Shown here: positions 38,300 through 52,056 of the stretch, piece after piece
Layout: the number at the start of each line of letters is the position of its first letter
Numbering within the stretch: position 1 is the first letter of the stretch
DNA from: Novakomyces olei
Lineage: Eukaryota
Reading direction: 5' to 3'
Length of the DNA stretch: 64,000 nt
Assembly (NCBI GenBank): GCA_016906335.1
Contig: JADEYG010000002.1
Coordinates: forward strand, 372,001 to 436,000
Program-made: the position numbers and the translations under genes
The notes under the pieces: model-generated
Databases searched by the model: none
Seen by the model: the letters and a program-made list of their open reading frames with translations, nothing else
Told to the model about the DNA's origin: nothing

Positions 38300-38663
38300 T
38301 AGGCTCTGTTGTGTCCGCAGACGCGTTAACCGCTCTCGATCCTCTCGACGTCAAATAATGTATGGCGAGTGTTTAGTATACTGAAAGCGGTACCATAATT
38401 GTACGCATGATAGAATATAAGGAGAGGGCTTGGTCTAATGATAATAATAGTAGAATATACAAGTATACAATTTAATTGTCTCAATAAAGCTATGATTATA
38501 ATGCCATTGAAGCAGAAAACGTGTGTGCGTACATTCATAGGCCAGGAGACCGGCAAAAGTATACGTCCTTTAGGCGACGCGTATAATTCACACTTTACCT
38601 ATCTTTCGTCTTTTGCTCTCCTGTAAAAATCTCCTGTAAAAATCTCCTGTAAACTTGTTTTGT

Positions 38664-40945
38664 TTATATCCTCACAAGGTCTATTCTAGTATGCTCATAT
38701 ACATCGTGCGGCGAACCTGCATTTGACGCTGGCCGTGGCTTTACGTACATTCTGATATACGCTCCGGCACCACGCATTTTCGCTGCTGGTCCGGGGTTCA
38801 AAGCAATCACATTGTCAATGACTTTGACAAAATGATACAATTCGGAGGGGAGTAGAAGCACGTCGGGGAGGCAATTACCAAACTCGGCTAGACCGATCAT
38901 AGCAACGTCTAATTTGGCCCCTGGCCGGCCTTCACGGGCGCCTTCCGTTTCCGTTGCTGGGCCTGGAAATAGAGGGTAAAACGTTTTAGAATCTAAAACG
39001 TGAGAAACAAGTCTCTCGTGCATGTTTATTCGTTTTGGTTCCCTGGAGAATTAGTATTGAAAGAAAAATAAACTATCTAATTTTGAATTTAGGAATAGAG
39101 CGCATGTGCAGTTACAATCGTGAACAGCACGTATTAAGCTGCTCTTTAATTAATTTATTAAATGAATGAATGAATGAATGAACAGAAAGTCAATAGAAAT
39201 TTTTGAGGGGAGACGGTACCGATTAAACTCCTCTTTCGACAAATGGCTCAAAATGTCGTTTGTACTTATACCGAAAACAACATCGTTTATGGTAATCACA
39301 GCGGGATTCGGTAAAGACTTGATGTTGGAGTTGAGGCCCAAGCCTTTGCGGTCCAAAGCAGTTTGTGGAAACACACAATGAACATCAGTCCATTCGCGTG
39401 TGCAGTTCATTAGCAGCACCGTGCTATCTATTATCTTGTTCAATCTCGGCGTTATCAGTGTCCGGAAAACATCGCCGATATGAAAGGCTGAATTTCCACC
39501 ATTCGAATCCACAACACGGCTTATGATCTCTCCTGAACGAACTAACGGGTGAATTCCATCGATAAAAGGTCCAGTCTTAGATTGTTAGAGCAGCATAGAA
39601 GGAAAATAAATTTCAATATCTGACTAAACCAGTTCTTACCAAAATTACTAGAGACGGCTTTTCGGAAATTACACGATCAACAATCTCGTCTAGCGCTTCT
39701 AACAGCAAATTGTCATTCGTAGTATAAGGCCCATTTGCAATTAAAACATTGAAGCCTTCTTGCTCTAATTGCTGATCACCAGTGCTGGCAGGTCCCAATC
39801 GAGGAATATTTAGAAATTCCTTTACAACAAAGGTAGATCCACTAGGATTGTTGCCCTTTAATGCTACCAGCTGTCCAGGAAATAATGAGCAAGATTTGAT
39901 ATTATCGATATTTAAAAGAGTGCGAGACCCTGCTCCCAAGCGTCGAGATGTTTCGATTATAAGGCTGCTGGCCGTAGGCCGTCCTCCACTGGCCGAATCT
40001 ACTGCAATTCGTCCAATCGCAATTACGTCTTCCTGTATGTCAAAAGTAAGATCGATATTCACATATTTTGAGCTGTTTCTTTCTGCGTTGATTTATTTCA
40101 TACCTGTGAGCTTTGTGCGGGATTTCCAATGTCTTCTTCCGACAAATTATGGTGTTGTACTACGTCTTGAGCACATAAATCTATTGTCTCGTCGAGGACT
40201 GGTTCCGGGTTAGCACACGCTATTCCATCATTGCATTACCTTCAGAAACGTCCAATAGCCGCTGATACATTGTCTTGTAGTTGTATTTTTTAAGTTCAAA
40301 GTTGGCGACAACATTAAGGGAAGAAGCAGAAGTATGGGATACATCAAGCTGAGGATTTATTTGCTCGATTATTTGACCACGATTCTTGCGAGTCGAAAAT
40401 GGAGTTCCATCAATCGAGCTCTGATGGTCCAGCGCATTCTCACTGGGCGATGAAGTCGCTTCCAGAGGCCGCGCCTTTCTTTTTGGCACAGGCGTTTCAT
40501 AATTGCGCGCAATACTATTTCGTTTAGACGCTGGCGTAGACGGTGTTAACCCCAAGCTTTGTTGATAGAAAATAAGGGTTAGCAAACGTTGGTCCTTCAC
40601 AGAAAAGTCTTACACTGTATTCAGACTATTGGCAAAATTATTTGTTGCTGGACTGGCCTTGTTTTTCAACGCGCTATTGTTGTTACTACGTGCTTCACGA
40701 CGAGACGCGCGTTCCATCGTGTCCTGCAGCTCTTGTCTCAGCAGCATAAAGTTGTCGTGGTTGAGTGTAGGATCGTTCTCCATTTTCAGGGAAAAAGCTT
40801 CCCATTTGTAGAAGAATTCTTGGGCAGAAAGCCCATAAATCCCAAGGCATAGAGTTATCTCCCTGTGCAGATCATTGTCCTTTTGTAGAGCCGGCAGCAA
40901 ATCCAATAGCTCATCGCCATCCACAGCTTCTGCAGCATCAACCAT
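38664..40945 (-). CDS. POL12: DNA polymerase alpha B subunit; 5 introns
   Basis: FFYKWEAF, YNYKTMYQRL, SLFPGQLVALKGNNPSG, GPYTT.DNL, LPNP, FYPLFP, PDVLLLPSEL, ALNPG. Confidence 0.93.
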
Positions 40946-41071
40946 GATCCTACTTAGATGATTTTCCGGATTTTACAATTTAAATTGTGCCACTTGAAAA
41001 GGCCTATTATAAGCACTTTTGCGCAGTCAATACTTGCGCATTGGCCGTGTCGGAGCGTGGAAGGCTGCTCA

Positions 41072-41136
41072 ACGCGTTGAACGCGCTTTTTCGCGAATTA
41101 ACGATATATTCATTAATTATCATTACTTGAACGCGG
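41072..41136. promoter_or_regulatory. MCB-like (ACGCGT/CGCG) cluster upstream of POL12
   Basis: ACGCGT 41072, ACGCGC 41081, TCGCGA 41091 and ACGCGG 41131, 130-190 bp upstream of a replication gene; MBF control is inferred. Confidence 0.65.
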
Positions 41137-41541
41137 TACGTTGCACGTACCTGTACGTTTATTTTGCTACTATTTAATTGCGTCTCACTTTATATATATG
41201 AGCCATACACCAAATACGAGTCGTCCTTTTACACGCGAGTATTCGGATATTATAACACGACGCCCCGACTTTAGTGTACACACTACTCATCACATGCAAA
41301 GAAAACCCTAACCACAGTTGGCGCTCCAAATTACAGCATACGAGACAGCAGTACTGTGTATCGATCGCTTCAGTATTATATACGGCAAAAGGCCTTACAA
41401 CGTCTGTTCCCACGGACAAGGCAAACGGCTTAATACGCCCCGGCATTACATTTGCTCGGGTGTGATCAGTTCTGGGCGTCTTAGTGTCTGAGGATATAGC
41501 TCTTGAGGTGAACGTACTACTGCGCCTACTGTCCAAGAGCA

Positions 41542-42800
41542 ATGTCGAATCCTACGGAGCCAAAGGACCGGATCGACTCTGACCAGCAAGAGGCTCTGGT
41601 ACTATCTCCCTCCCGAACTGCAACGCATTAACTTTATGTAGGAACGTATTCGTGCATACATCAAGTCCAAGACGAGCTACGATGTTTTACCGTTCAGTTT
41701 TCGCATGATTGTACTGGATACGAATTTGTTGGTCAAAAAGTCGCTAATTGTGCTTTTACAAAATAGTAAGGGGGCTTTGAGGCAAATGCAAATGCCTAAC
41801 AAACAGATATTGTGTCTGCACCGCTATGGAAGAGTGAAACCTCCACTTTTGGCGGGTTGTTGACCTCGCAGGATTTCATCAACGTTATCCAGTACTATTA
41901 TCAAAACGCTATATATCCAGAAGCCTTGAACGAGATCAATTCTCTCAAGCTGGAAAGCCTTAGAGGTAATTTTTCACATTATTTTATTGGTTCTAAACTT
42001 CATTATAGAGGTTGAAAAGCGGATCGGTGCTCCGCCACCCGAAACAAATCATATTAGCCCCGTCGCTTCTGTGTTTGAAGCATGTCAAAAGATGGTCAGA
42101 TCAAGAGCACGGCGTATCCCACTTTTGGACTATGACGACGAAACTGGCCGTGAGATGATTTTGTCCGTTCTCACTCAGTTTAGAATATTAAAATTTATTG
42201 CATTAAATGTAAGAGCTGATTAAACTTTGTACTTTGTTTCTTACATTTTTGCGCTTGATATTTGAAACTTTTTTTTCGATTGGAAACTAACTGGCTCTTA
42301 TAGTGCAAAGAAACACAATTGCTCGAAAAGCCTCTTTCTGAATTAAATATTGGAACCTACGAAAATTTAGCTACGGCTGATCTGGACACACCGGTAATTG
42401 ATGTGATCCATGCGTTTTTCCATCGTGGCATATCTGCCGTACCTATTCTTGACGATGATGGAGTTGTTATCAATATTTACGAGGCTGTTGATGTGATCAC
42501 ATTAATTGGATCTGGCTCTTACCAAGATTTGGACCTCAGTGTTGGTGAAGCTTTACTACGCCGGCCAGATGTAAACTAATTATTTTCTAATATGTGTGTT
42601 AACTCAAATTTAAGGACTTTTCTGGAGTAAAAACGTGTCAAGAAAACGATACAGTTAGCTCTATTTTCGATGCCATTCGCAAAACAAGGCTTCACCGCTT
42701 GATAATTGTTGACGAGCAAAATCATCTTCGTGGAATGCTCTCACTTTCAGATATCCTGGCATATATAGTCGATGAGGCATTATCACCTAGCGCGCATTAA
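41542..42800 (+). CDS. SNF4: AMPK gamma subunit Snf4/Cbs2; 5 introns
   Basis: [71 protein letters not shown]. Confidence 0.95.
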
Positions 42801-43427
42801 ACATCAATCCAAACGAGATTGAAGGCAAGACAAATGATTTTTTACAATTTTCGGCATGTACATGAGGTTTTGCAACTCAGTTTATGTTTGAATTTATGAA
42901 ATTTTATAGTATACATATCCAGGAACGCTCGTTGATATGCGGTTCTGAAAATTCGGCGTGATGACAATTACGACAAGTGCTACTTTTAGGTTATAAGAGT
43001 TTTGTGTATATAGTCTGGGAACCTGATTTACATTATTTTATTTTTGTACATTTTAGCGGACAAGTTCATGAGAAGCCATCTTTTAAGTTTTCCTGGATTT
43101 GATTTGACTCAATGTTTTTTCATATTGGCTTAGTCGTCCAGAATCACTTGCAATCGTGTGATGATAGTATTAAGCCCTTTTAAAGACAACATTCTATTTT
43201 CAAAAGCTTAAAGTTTTCTGGAAAGAGAAATGAGCTCGTACTTACGACAATGCTTTGTCTACTTTTGTCTACTTCCAAATCTCGAGCTGCCTAACTGTTG
43301 TTAATTTATCAGATACAAAAACATATTTTAAATCTTGGTATTGATATTTATTATTTTATTTTGGCATTCTTTAATCTTAGCGTTCTAACAAAAGATAAAA
43401 AATAGAAAACACATCCTCTCAACGATC

Positions 43428-45022
43428 CTAGTCCAGAATCTTAGTTACGACCGCAGTACCAACGGTACGTCCACCCTCACGCACAGTAAATCGCTGACCG
43501 ACTTCGAGCACTATGGGATTGTGCAGTTCACCAATAAGCTCGACGTTGTCTCCCGGCATAATCATCTTGCCCTCGCGATCAGGCATGTCCTCCGGGTAGG
43601 TCAGATTTACGGTAACGTCACAAGTGCGAGTGAAAAGTTGTGGGCGGTAGTATTCAACAAACCCCTTGGCACGGCCTCCTTCGTCCTTTGTAAGAATATA
43701 GAAAGAGCCAAGGAACTTCTTGTGAGCCTTGACGCTGCCAGGAACAGCCAGCACCATACCGCGTCGAACATCATCGCGTTTGATTCCACGAAGCAAAATG
43801 CCACAGTTATCACCGGCAGTAGCCTGGTCAAGATCCTTCTTGAAAGCTTCAATACCAGTGCAAGTTGTCTGGATCGGCTTCTCATTCAGACCAACCAGTT
43901 CAAGAGGTTCATTTTTTTTCAGAGTGCCACGTTCAACCCGGCCACAGACTACAGTACCACGTCCGGCAATAGAAAAGACATCCTCAACAGGCATTAAAAA
44001 GGGCTTTTGCAAATCACGTTCCGGGGTAGGAATCCACTCATCAATAGCGTCCATAAGTTTACCGATAGCTTCAGCACCAATAGCAGGCTCACGACCTTCC
44101 AAAGCACATAAAGCAGAGCCGAAAATAATGGGAGTTTCATCACCGTCAAAGCCGTACTGGCTCAAAAGTTCGCGCATTTCCATGTCCACCAATTCGATCA
44201 TGTCAGGCTCGACCATATCGGCCTTGTTGATAAACACAACAAGGCGTCCAACACCGACTTGCTTGGCTAGCAAAAGATGCTCACGAGTTTGGGGCATTTG
44301 ACCATCCGTGGCAGATACAACAATAACTGCACCGTCCATAGTTGCTGCACCAGTAATCATGTTTTTAATGTAATCCGCATGTCCCGGACAATCGACGTGA
44401 CTACTCGTTAACACTAGTTTGCTAGATTTATGCATCGCTGTGGTATTGATTGAAGAACCGAAAAATAATAATAATAATAATTCGAAAACGAGGGTATTGA
44501 CTAATTCGCAAAAAACAAAAAAAAAACAAAAAAAAGCAAAAAAAAAAAAAAAAAGGATTCAAACAGTGGCAACTGCTCCGATCTGGCTGATACTTACGCA
44601 TAATGGCGCTTGTCAGTCTGGTATTCCACGTGAGCAGTGGAAATCGTGATTCCACGAGCCTTTTCCTCCGGTGCCTTATCGATCTGGGCATAGTCAAGGA
44701 AGCTAGCACCGCCCTTCTCCGCTAGGACTTTAGTAATAGCCGCGGTAAGTGTGGTTTTTCCATGATCGACGTGGCCAATAGTGCCGATATTGACATGAGG
44801 CTTTGTCCGATCAAACTTGGACGCATCCAATACGGAGGCCGCCGCCCGGACTAGTTGCGCATGTCAGTCTGTATCGTAAAGAAAAATGCAATAACTTGAA
44901 GGATAAAAAGAAGAAAGCGTCAGCATACCCGACGAAGTCACAAACGAGCGAGAACAGCAAGACTGCGGCAGCCTGCTAGAGGCTGCCGAGAGAAGCGGAC
45001 GCAATGAACGCACCACGGACAT
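43428..45022 (-). CDS. TUF1: Mitochondrial elongation factor Tu; introns 44928-44851 and 44597-44401
   Basis: Presequence [45 protein letters not shown]. Confidence 0.97.
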
Positions 45023-45439
45023 TGTCTTGACCCGAATAGAGAGATCAAAGATTTTTTTTATTATTTATACAGGACCGCACATAAATATATTTGGATTTCT
45101 ACGATAATTTCCAAATCGTACTTTTGGGCGTTGTACTAATACTATTAATCGTCCCGGTGTGAATCTATACATAAAACCAAACCTGCTTGGTTGTACAGTA
45201 AAGTATGATTGTACAATATTTCGGACCTTTATTACTGTGACTTTTGTACGATTATCGTGACAAAGCCATATGGAAGCTGTGCACGCAAAGTTACTTGATG
45301 TACTGTCTGCGTAGAGCGATACTCGAATAATTGAACTGTTAGCGCAGCAGCAAAAACAGGATTCGAGTTTGACGACAGACTCGACGAGCACAAAGGCCAG
45401 ATTTGCTCTTTGTCAATTCCAGATTTTAAAAGTTCAAAA

Positions 45440-45883
45440 ATGGCGTAAGCTGAGCCGAGACGAATATCTCATTTTATTTTGCACTAACAAATTTAAAGCG
45501 ACCTGGTAGACAAGCCAAAGGAAGAGCTTTCTGAGCTTGATCTCGCACGGTTAGAAGAATATGAATTCACAACGGGTCCGCTTTCGGTGCTTCAGCATGC
45601 AGTGAAAAACCACAATCAGGTGTTGATTAGCCTGCGAAACAATAAAAAGCTCTTGGCCAGGGTGAAAGCGTTTGATCGGCATTCTAATATGATCCTTGAG
45701 AACGTGAAGGAGGTAAGACAATAATTTGTAAAACTTGTCGCCTAACAATTCTTGTAGATGTGGACGGAAACGAAACGCAATGCTCAAGGAAAGAAGGGCA
45801 AACCTGTGAATAAGGACAGGTTTATCAGCAAAATGTTTTTACGGGGCGATAATATTGTACTAGTGCTGCGTAACGTCGTATAG
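45440..45883 (+). CDS. SMD2: snRNP core protein SmD2; introns 45445-45498 and 45713-45757; not in the ORF track
   Basis: Spliced [33 protein letters not shown]...[28 protein letters not shown]...[12 protein letters not shown]. Confidence 0.96.
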
Positions 45884-46280
45884 ACACGAGGATTCCAAAC
45901 TGATAACGATGAATGCTTTACCCTATTTTTGCTTTATCGACTTGAACTTGTATCAAACGTTTAGATTATACTATTTACTTGTATTATTTACCTAGAATCG
46001 GTGCCAGAGTTGCAGTATAAAACATTAATCCATCTCCTTTCTAAAGGGCATAAATAAGGCAAGCCTGGTCTTTGTTCCTCTAACGTAATCGCACTCAGCC
46101 TTCTTCTAAAGACAATAAAAGTGTTGAGAGCCGTATGATCAAGAACAGTTCGACGCCGTCTGCCCTTTGGATTGCTTCCAATATTATCGAGCCATTTAAT
46201 CGATTACATACTGATCTTTAATTTTTTTAGTTGTTTTTTTCTTATACACGGAGGATCTGGGGAAGAAAAGACTAGGCCTT

Positions 46281-48769
46281 TCAATATATAACATCCTCCT
46301 CACACTCACGGATCACTTTTGCCAGCGGCCAGCGCGGTGGCGTAATGTGATGCTTGTCCGGCCGCTCCAAAAACTCCAACTGCTTAGGTCCAACGTCTTG
46401 TCCAGCAACACCTGATGCCACTTTAAGCCCCATAAGCGAGCCAATTTCGTCGCAAGCAGCAAGCAAATGATCCAAATCTTGCTTATTGTGGGACGCTGAA
46501 ACGCAAAAACGGACCCGGGAAGTCAGCAAGGGCGTTGCCGGGTATCCAACTATGACCACAGCAATCTTGCGCCGCAACATTTCATAAGAAAACGCGTGCA
46601 TTTTGCCCGGATGATAGACCAAAAGAGGAATTACCGGGGAGTCATCCTGTCCATACACGATAAATCCAAGTCTCTTGAGTCCGAGCCGCAAGTATCGGCT
46701 ATTAAAGGCGAGTCTTTGTACCCTTGTAAGTCCCTCACCTCCACGTAGATTAGAAATTATATTCATAGAAGTAAGAATCTGTTGCAAAATAATTGGAGAA
46801 GAAGCTTCTGCATAGATGTTTCCGGCATTGTAAAGCTCTAATCGCTTTATAGTCTGCTCATCAGAGGCCACGTATCCACCAGCCGCACCAAACGATTTCG
46901 TAAAAGTGCCCATAAGCAAGTCAACTTTGTTTGGATCTATACCAAAATAGTCACAGATACCACGCGATCGAGGGCCTAATGCTCCGACCGAATGAGCCTC
47001 GTCGACGTACAAATAAAATTTATACTTCTCCTTGAGCTTCACTAGACCCGGCAGGTTACAGAAATCGCCCTCCATTGAATACAATCCCTCCACGAGTACA
47101 AAGATCTTTTTCCAAGGCCGATGTGTACGAGGCTGCCCCTGGGCAATACTCTCACGCAAAAGCGCTTCTAAAGCTTGCATATCATTGTGCTTGAATACTC
47201 GCAAATAAGCTCCTGAGACACGTGTTCCAAACCGGATTGAGGCATGATTAAGCTCATCGGAGATAATGAGACAGTTCTTGCTGGAAAGTGCAGAAAATAG
47301 GGTAGCGTTCGTACCAAATCCCTGACTATATATACAAGCTGCCGGTTTTCCAATAAATTCGGCCAAGCGTTGTGTAACTGCACGATGCAGATCGGAGACT
47401 CCTGCCTCCGCTGGAGAGCTGCAGGTACTTAGACCGTATTTGAGTACTGCTTCATGTACAGCATCAGCACAAAGGCCCTCGCTCTCGGCAAACCCGAGGT
47501 AGTTATAGCTAGACATGTTTAAGCATCGGGTAGTCGTGCCGGTCAAACGAAAAGTCTGGTTCCAGTCGTCCGATACACGATCAAGTAACACGATAGTTCG
47601 GCCAGGGACACCCGTAGTTGGCCGGTGAAAAGCGTCATTGATGCGCATTTTTAGTCGACGCAGATAGAAACTGTCGAAATCTGAAAAGAGGGGAGCATAG
47701 CCATCCTGCTCGCGTAAATACTCGTATTCACGAGATTTGAATTTCTTGCCAAAGAAGTCCCGCACATGTCCAAATACAATGAGGATAAGATAGCTCAAGT
47801 ACGTTGTCACAAGTCCAAAGTAAGGCAGAGCATCTTCCACTGACGGGGGCATTTCGTATCCTTCTGGGAACTTGGAAACGCATTTCTGTCTCGGTGAAAG
47901 CAATGGACCAAATTCAAGCTGACGCTTCGTCTCCAAATCCATATGCTCCGAAGCCAGTACCTGTGCGGCAAGAGGAGTCTCGTTTAGTAAATCAACAGGA
48001 CGCGTGGATTTAAGCGCAGCCGGACTTGATGTCGGCATGATATTAGCAGATCCAGTGACCGGCGGTGAACTCGCTGTAATTTTTGTTTTACTGCCATATG
48101 GAGGGACTGCTGAACCATCGTAGACCGTATTCGCGTTCTCTTCCCCGCCTGAACGCGTGCTCGTAGTCCCGTTTGTACGAAAATCTTCCTCTGCATCGGA
48201 CAAGCTGTGCGAGTCTATAGCTGTTAGAATTTGGGCTCGTCATAAAGATGAGGAAATTAGGTAAAGGAGTATTGGCGAATTGAAGCAGTAAGGATTCAAG
48301 AGATCAAACTAAAAAGCAGGAAAAAATCAAATATGAAATAAATAAAAAATAGATTGATAGATTGATTGTAATTTATATTAATGTTGTTAATTGCCGTTTT
48401 TCACAGACGTCAGTAACAAACATCTCTCTTACCCTTGTGGAAAGAGTGCCCGTTCACGGCGGTGACAATGGGTTTAGGGATTTCTGATTTAGGGGAGCCA
48501 TTAGCAAAGAGGCTCGATAGTCGTTTGGACCGGGGAGTGGAGCCCACGGGCCCGGAAGCCGGATGCCGGGCATCTCCGTCAGCAGTAGTATCTGAGCCGA
48601 TCGAATGCCGGTGTTTGTGACCGTGTGTGGGAGTCGAGGAGGATGATGACTGCTGCTGTCCCTGGATTTTATTTTCAGACGGTGGCGACGCGGCTCCATT
48701 AACATCGTGGTGTTCTGAGGGAGAATGATGGACGCGTAACTTCATTGCGCTACTGCGGCGTCCAAACAT
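46281..48769 (-). CDS. LCB2: Serine palmitoyltransferase subunit Lcb2; intron 48432-48215
   Basis: SSYNYLGFA, SDELNHASI, EGLYSMEG, DEAHS and the PLP lysine motif GTFTKSFG; the upstream exon (MFGRRSS...) splices in frame. Confidence 0.94.
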
Positions 48770-51700
48770 TGGGACAAGATGAAGATCTTTTTGATGGGGA
48801 ACCGGCAGAGCCGCTATATGGAGAGTGCCGCAGCAACAACAAGTGCTGCACCGGACAGATTAAAACACGTTACTTCCAATTATTCGCAAGTAACGCAAAA
48901 GAAAAAAGTGCCATAACTTGAGAATGCTCACTTTTGACCGATATACTTGATATGTGCGCTGTAAACTTCCCTCTTCATATAAGAGATACTGTATATGATA
49001 TACGGATCGTTTTCTGCGTTCTCCTGAGTTTTCCAGAGTGGGCACATACAAAGGTGGATATTGATCCAAAGTTACATTGCTGCATGAGTAATTAATTTGT
49101 AACGATATTATTTCGTTGTTGTGTAATTATTTTATTTTCACCCTCATAGTAATAGTGTCCATATCATTCTGTAATTATGAACGAAGCGCACTTTTCGCGT
49201 TGCCGAGGACTGACTACAAACTATACAACAGATATTGAAGCCGCAACTACTGAAGATAATGTACAGCATCGATCCATTCATTCTCATATGCACTGCTAAA
49301 TAAAGCGCGCCAACCACTTTTCTCGTATATTACAAGTACTACTTCCCGACGAGCGTATTGTTTAACTAACCACAAGTTGAGCAGGGAGATTGTTGATGAA
49401 TTTACGCGGCAATGGTTAAATGGAATTGAACCCCTCCATACATAATTGTCGCAATATAGATGCTGCTATTTCGCCGATCTGTTACTAGTGTTATATGCAT
49501 GCGCATGGGTTCGCCAGCTATCCTCTTTATGTATTCAAGGTGCATGTTTTACACTATAGTGTCAAAAGGTGCATCAAGGTGAGAGCTTTCAACGCTGTAA
49601 ATTCTCGGCTCATATGTTAGCACAATGATCATGAAGCGGTCAATTCAATGTGAATGAATGCATTTGGACCTGGGTATTTAAAAACCTTGTAAAATAGAGT
49701 CAGGGTTAGGGTTAATTCAGGGAAAAAGCCATGAACTGTTGCGGAAATGGACGAGTAGCTAGCTCGCTTCAAATTTGTGTAGTTAGTAAGCTCCTGCCTT
49801 GTCTTTATTTATGAATATGCAAATAACGAATGTTTCGAGTTAAGCTGTCTAATCAGTCACAGACGATGATAAACAGGGAAAAAATATGGACAAACTGAGA
49901 AATCAAGCAGAAAACTCCTCGCTCTCTGCGTCAAACTGTAAGTAACCAAAAATACTGCTAGCCAATCATGGCAGTTTAATTGGCTGCAATTTTACTATAC
50001 GTAATGATCAGATTTTATGTAGAATAATCTAGTCGGCAGGCATGCACAAGCGACTATGCGACAGGGCGGCGGCACAAAGGCTAAATACGTTGAATAATAC
50101 TGCCATCAGATACATGAAGGACGCCTGCTCACGTTTTCCATCTTGATTACCAGTTTTGGATAGAGCGAGAGCCACGTGGCCGGGCGGCCGGACTCGGGAA
50201 CGGGATTGGTTCAATCTCCACATACGAGAAAAGTAACTGGCATAGAGTACAAAAACAACAGATAACGCAGCAAATACTCACGAAGCCTCGTTGCTTGTGG
50301 GGAACAAAAGCGCCAATACTCGATACCTTATGCGGCGACATATGGGTTTTCACGATACCGTAAATAAAAAGTGCGATAAATATAATAGCGAATGAATGAA
50401 GTAAAGTAATGTGCGATGAGCTAAAGTAAATAAATAAAAGCCGGAAAAGTAACCTAAGAAAAGCCGATTATGTTTAAATGGCGCCTATTCCGAAGTATAT
50501 TAGACACTTTGAGTCGCTTGTTCGTCTAATGACAGCAATCGTGGATTAAATTTGTAGATCATGCTGAAAGATTATATATAATTTGAGATTATTGTTGTAC
50601 AGCCCTATCTTTTGCCGGTCGCACGATACGATCTCACCAAAAAGGAAATGGGTCGTTCAGCGGCCGTTTACGGTCACTCGTCATACGAACGTTGGCAGGA
50701 AAACGAGCCATTGGCTTCCTTTTCCGTGCAAGCGGGACACCACGTTGTAGACACTGGGATCGGCTTGGGTGTCAGATAATTTGTGTACTGCAAAACCTCT
50801 TCTTAAGGGCTTCACTGTTGTCGCAGATCCCTTACAAATTCTGTCATCTAATCAGCTTCAACAAGCCGCCACAGATACGATGAACAAGGTTCCATTCTTA
50901 TATGCCTACAAATCTCCGGCCCTAGATACTAGAATAGGTTCCTTATTGTATATGATATTCAATTGTGGGCCTTTAAGAACTTGTATAATGGCCGTCTGTG
51001 TGTTATTTAGCTTAGAAACGGGGCAAATGTTGTTTGCTTCCAGTCCCTACGGCTTAGCAAACATTTATGCAAGATTTATTTAGTCACGGGAATCAAACTC
51101 TTACTGTGACCCTAATGCACGTTAATAGGAATAGGTTAGGCGTGTTTACACAGAAAGTAACGATCCCTATGCATGTCCAGTAGGATTGTATGGGTTAAAT
51201 AATATCAAAAATACGCACAAAAATGGGAGCTGATTCTACTAACCCTTGAATGCTCCGCCAAATCGCTCAAAGATTTCCCTTCTTGCTTACAAATTCCCTC
51301 TAGTTGAGACCCGCTGTAGACAATAAAGCATCGTCAAACGATTTTCTTCAAACATGTATTCCTCCTCTATCGCTCTCTCCGTATCGCTCTCCCCGAGGAA
51401 AAAGGCCGCCGATTACACAAATTGGGCCACGCACCCCTATTTTCATACACATAATTAAAGGATTGGGTCCCGACCTTCCCTTTACGGCGGAGCTTCTATT
51501 ATTATTACCATTACTATTCTTATTATCGTTACTGCACGCGTACAAACGCGCCATCTCGGCATACAGAGTTACGCAGTAATCATACACGCAACGGACAAAG
51601 CGTTGCACGCACCTACTTTTCAGAGTCGTGAGCATTCAAACCTCCCCGAATAAAATCCAGAGGGAGAGGCAGAGGCAGATCTGACACTTCATATTTCCGA

Positions 51701-52056
51701 GCTTTTACTTTCTCCCCTTTTTTTTTAATCATTCCTCTCTTTTTCGAAAATTGCTATAGGCTTCCGTTCGCTAGTTCGCCGGCGGTGTCGTGTGTTACTG
51801 TCGTCTGTCGCGGGATTCTGATTTGCACTAGAGCATTAAGCAAGCAAGCCAAAAAGCCGGCTGGATCGACAAGCCCAGCAAAGCCGAAAGCCAGGCACCG
51901 AGTCTGCCAACCGCAAAGGCTGAATCGCACACAATTTTATAAAATTTGCCTCGAATTAGGGACGGGTATAGCAATTATCGGGACAGCCAAAGCAAAAAGG
52001 GAGTAAGAGAACAGAGGCTGCTAAAGTCTCAGACTCGTACTTTTCCGCGTCGGTAA

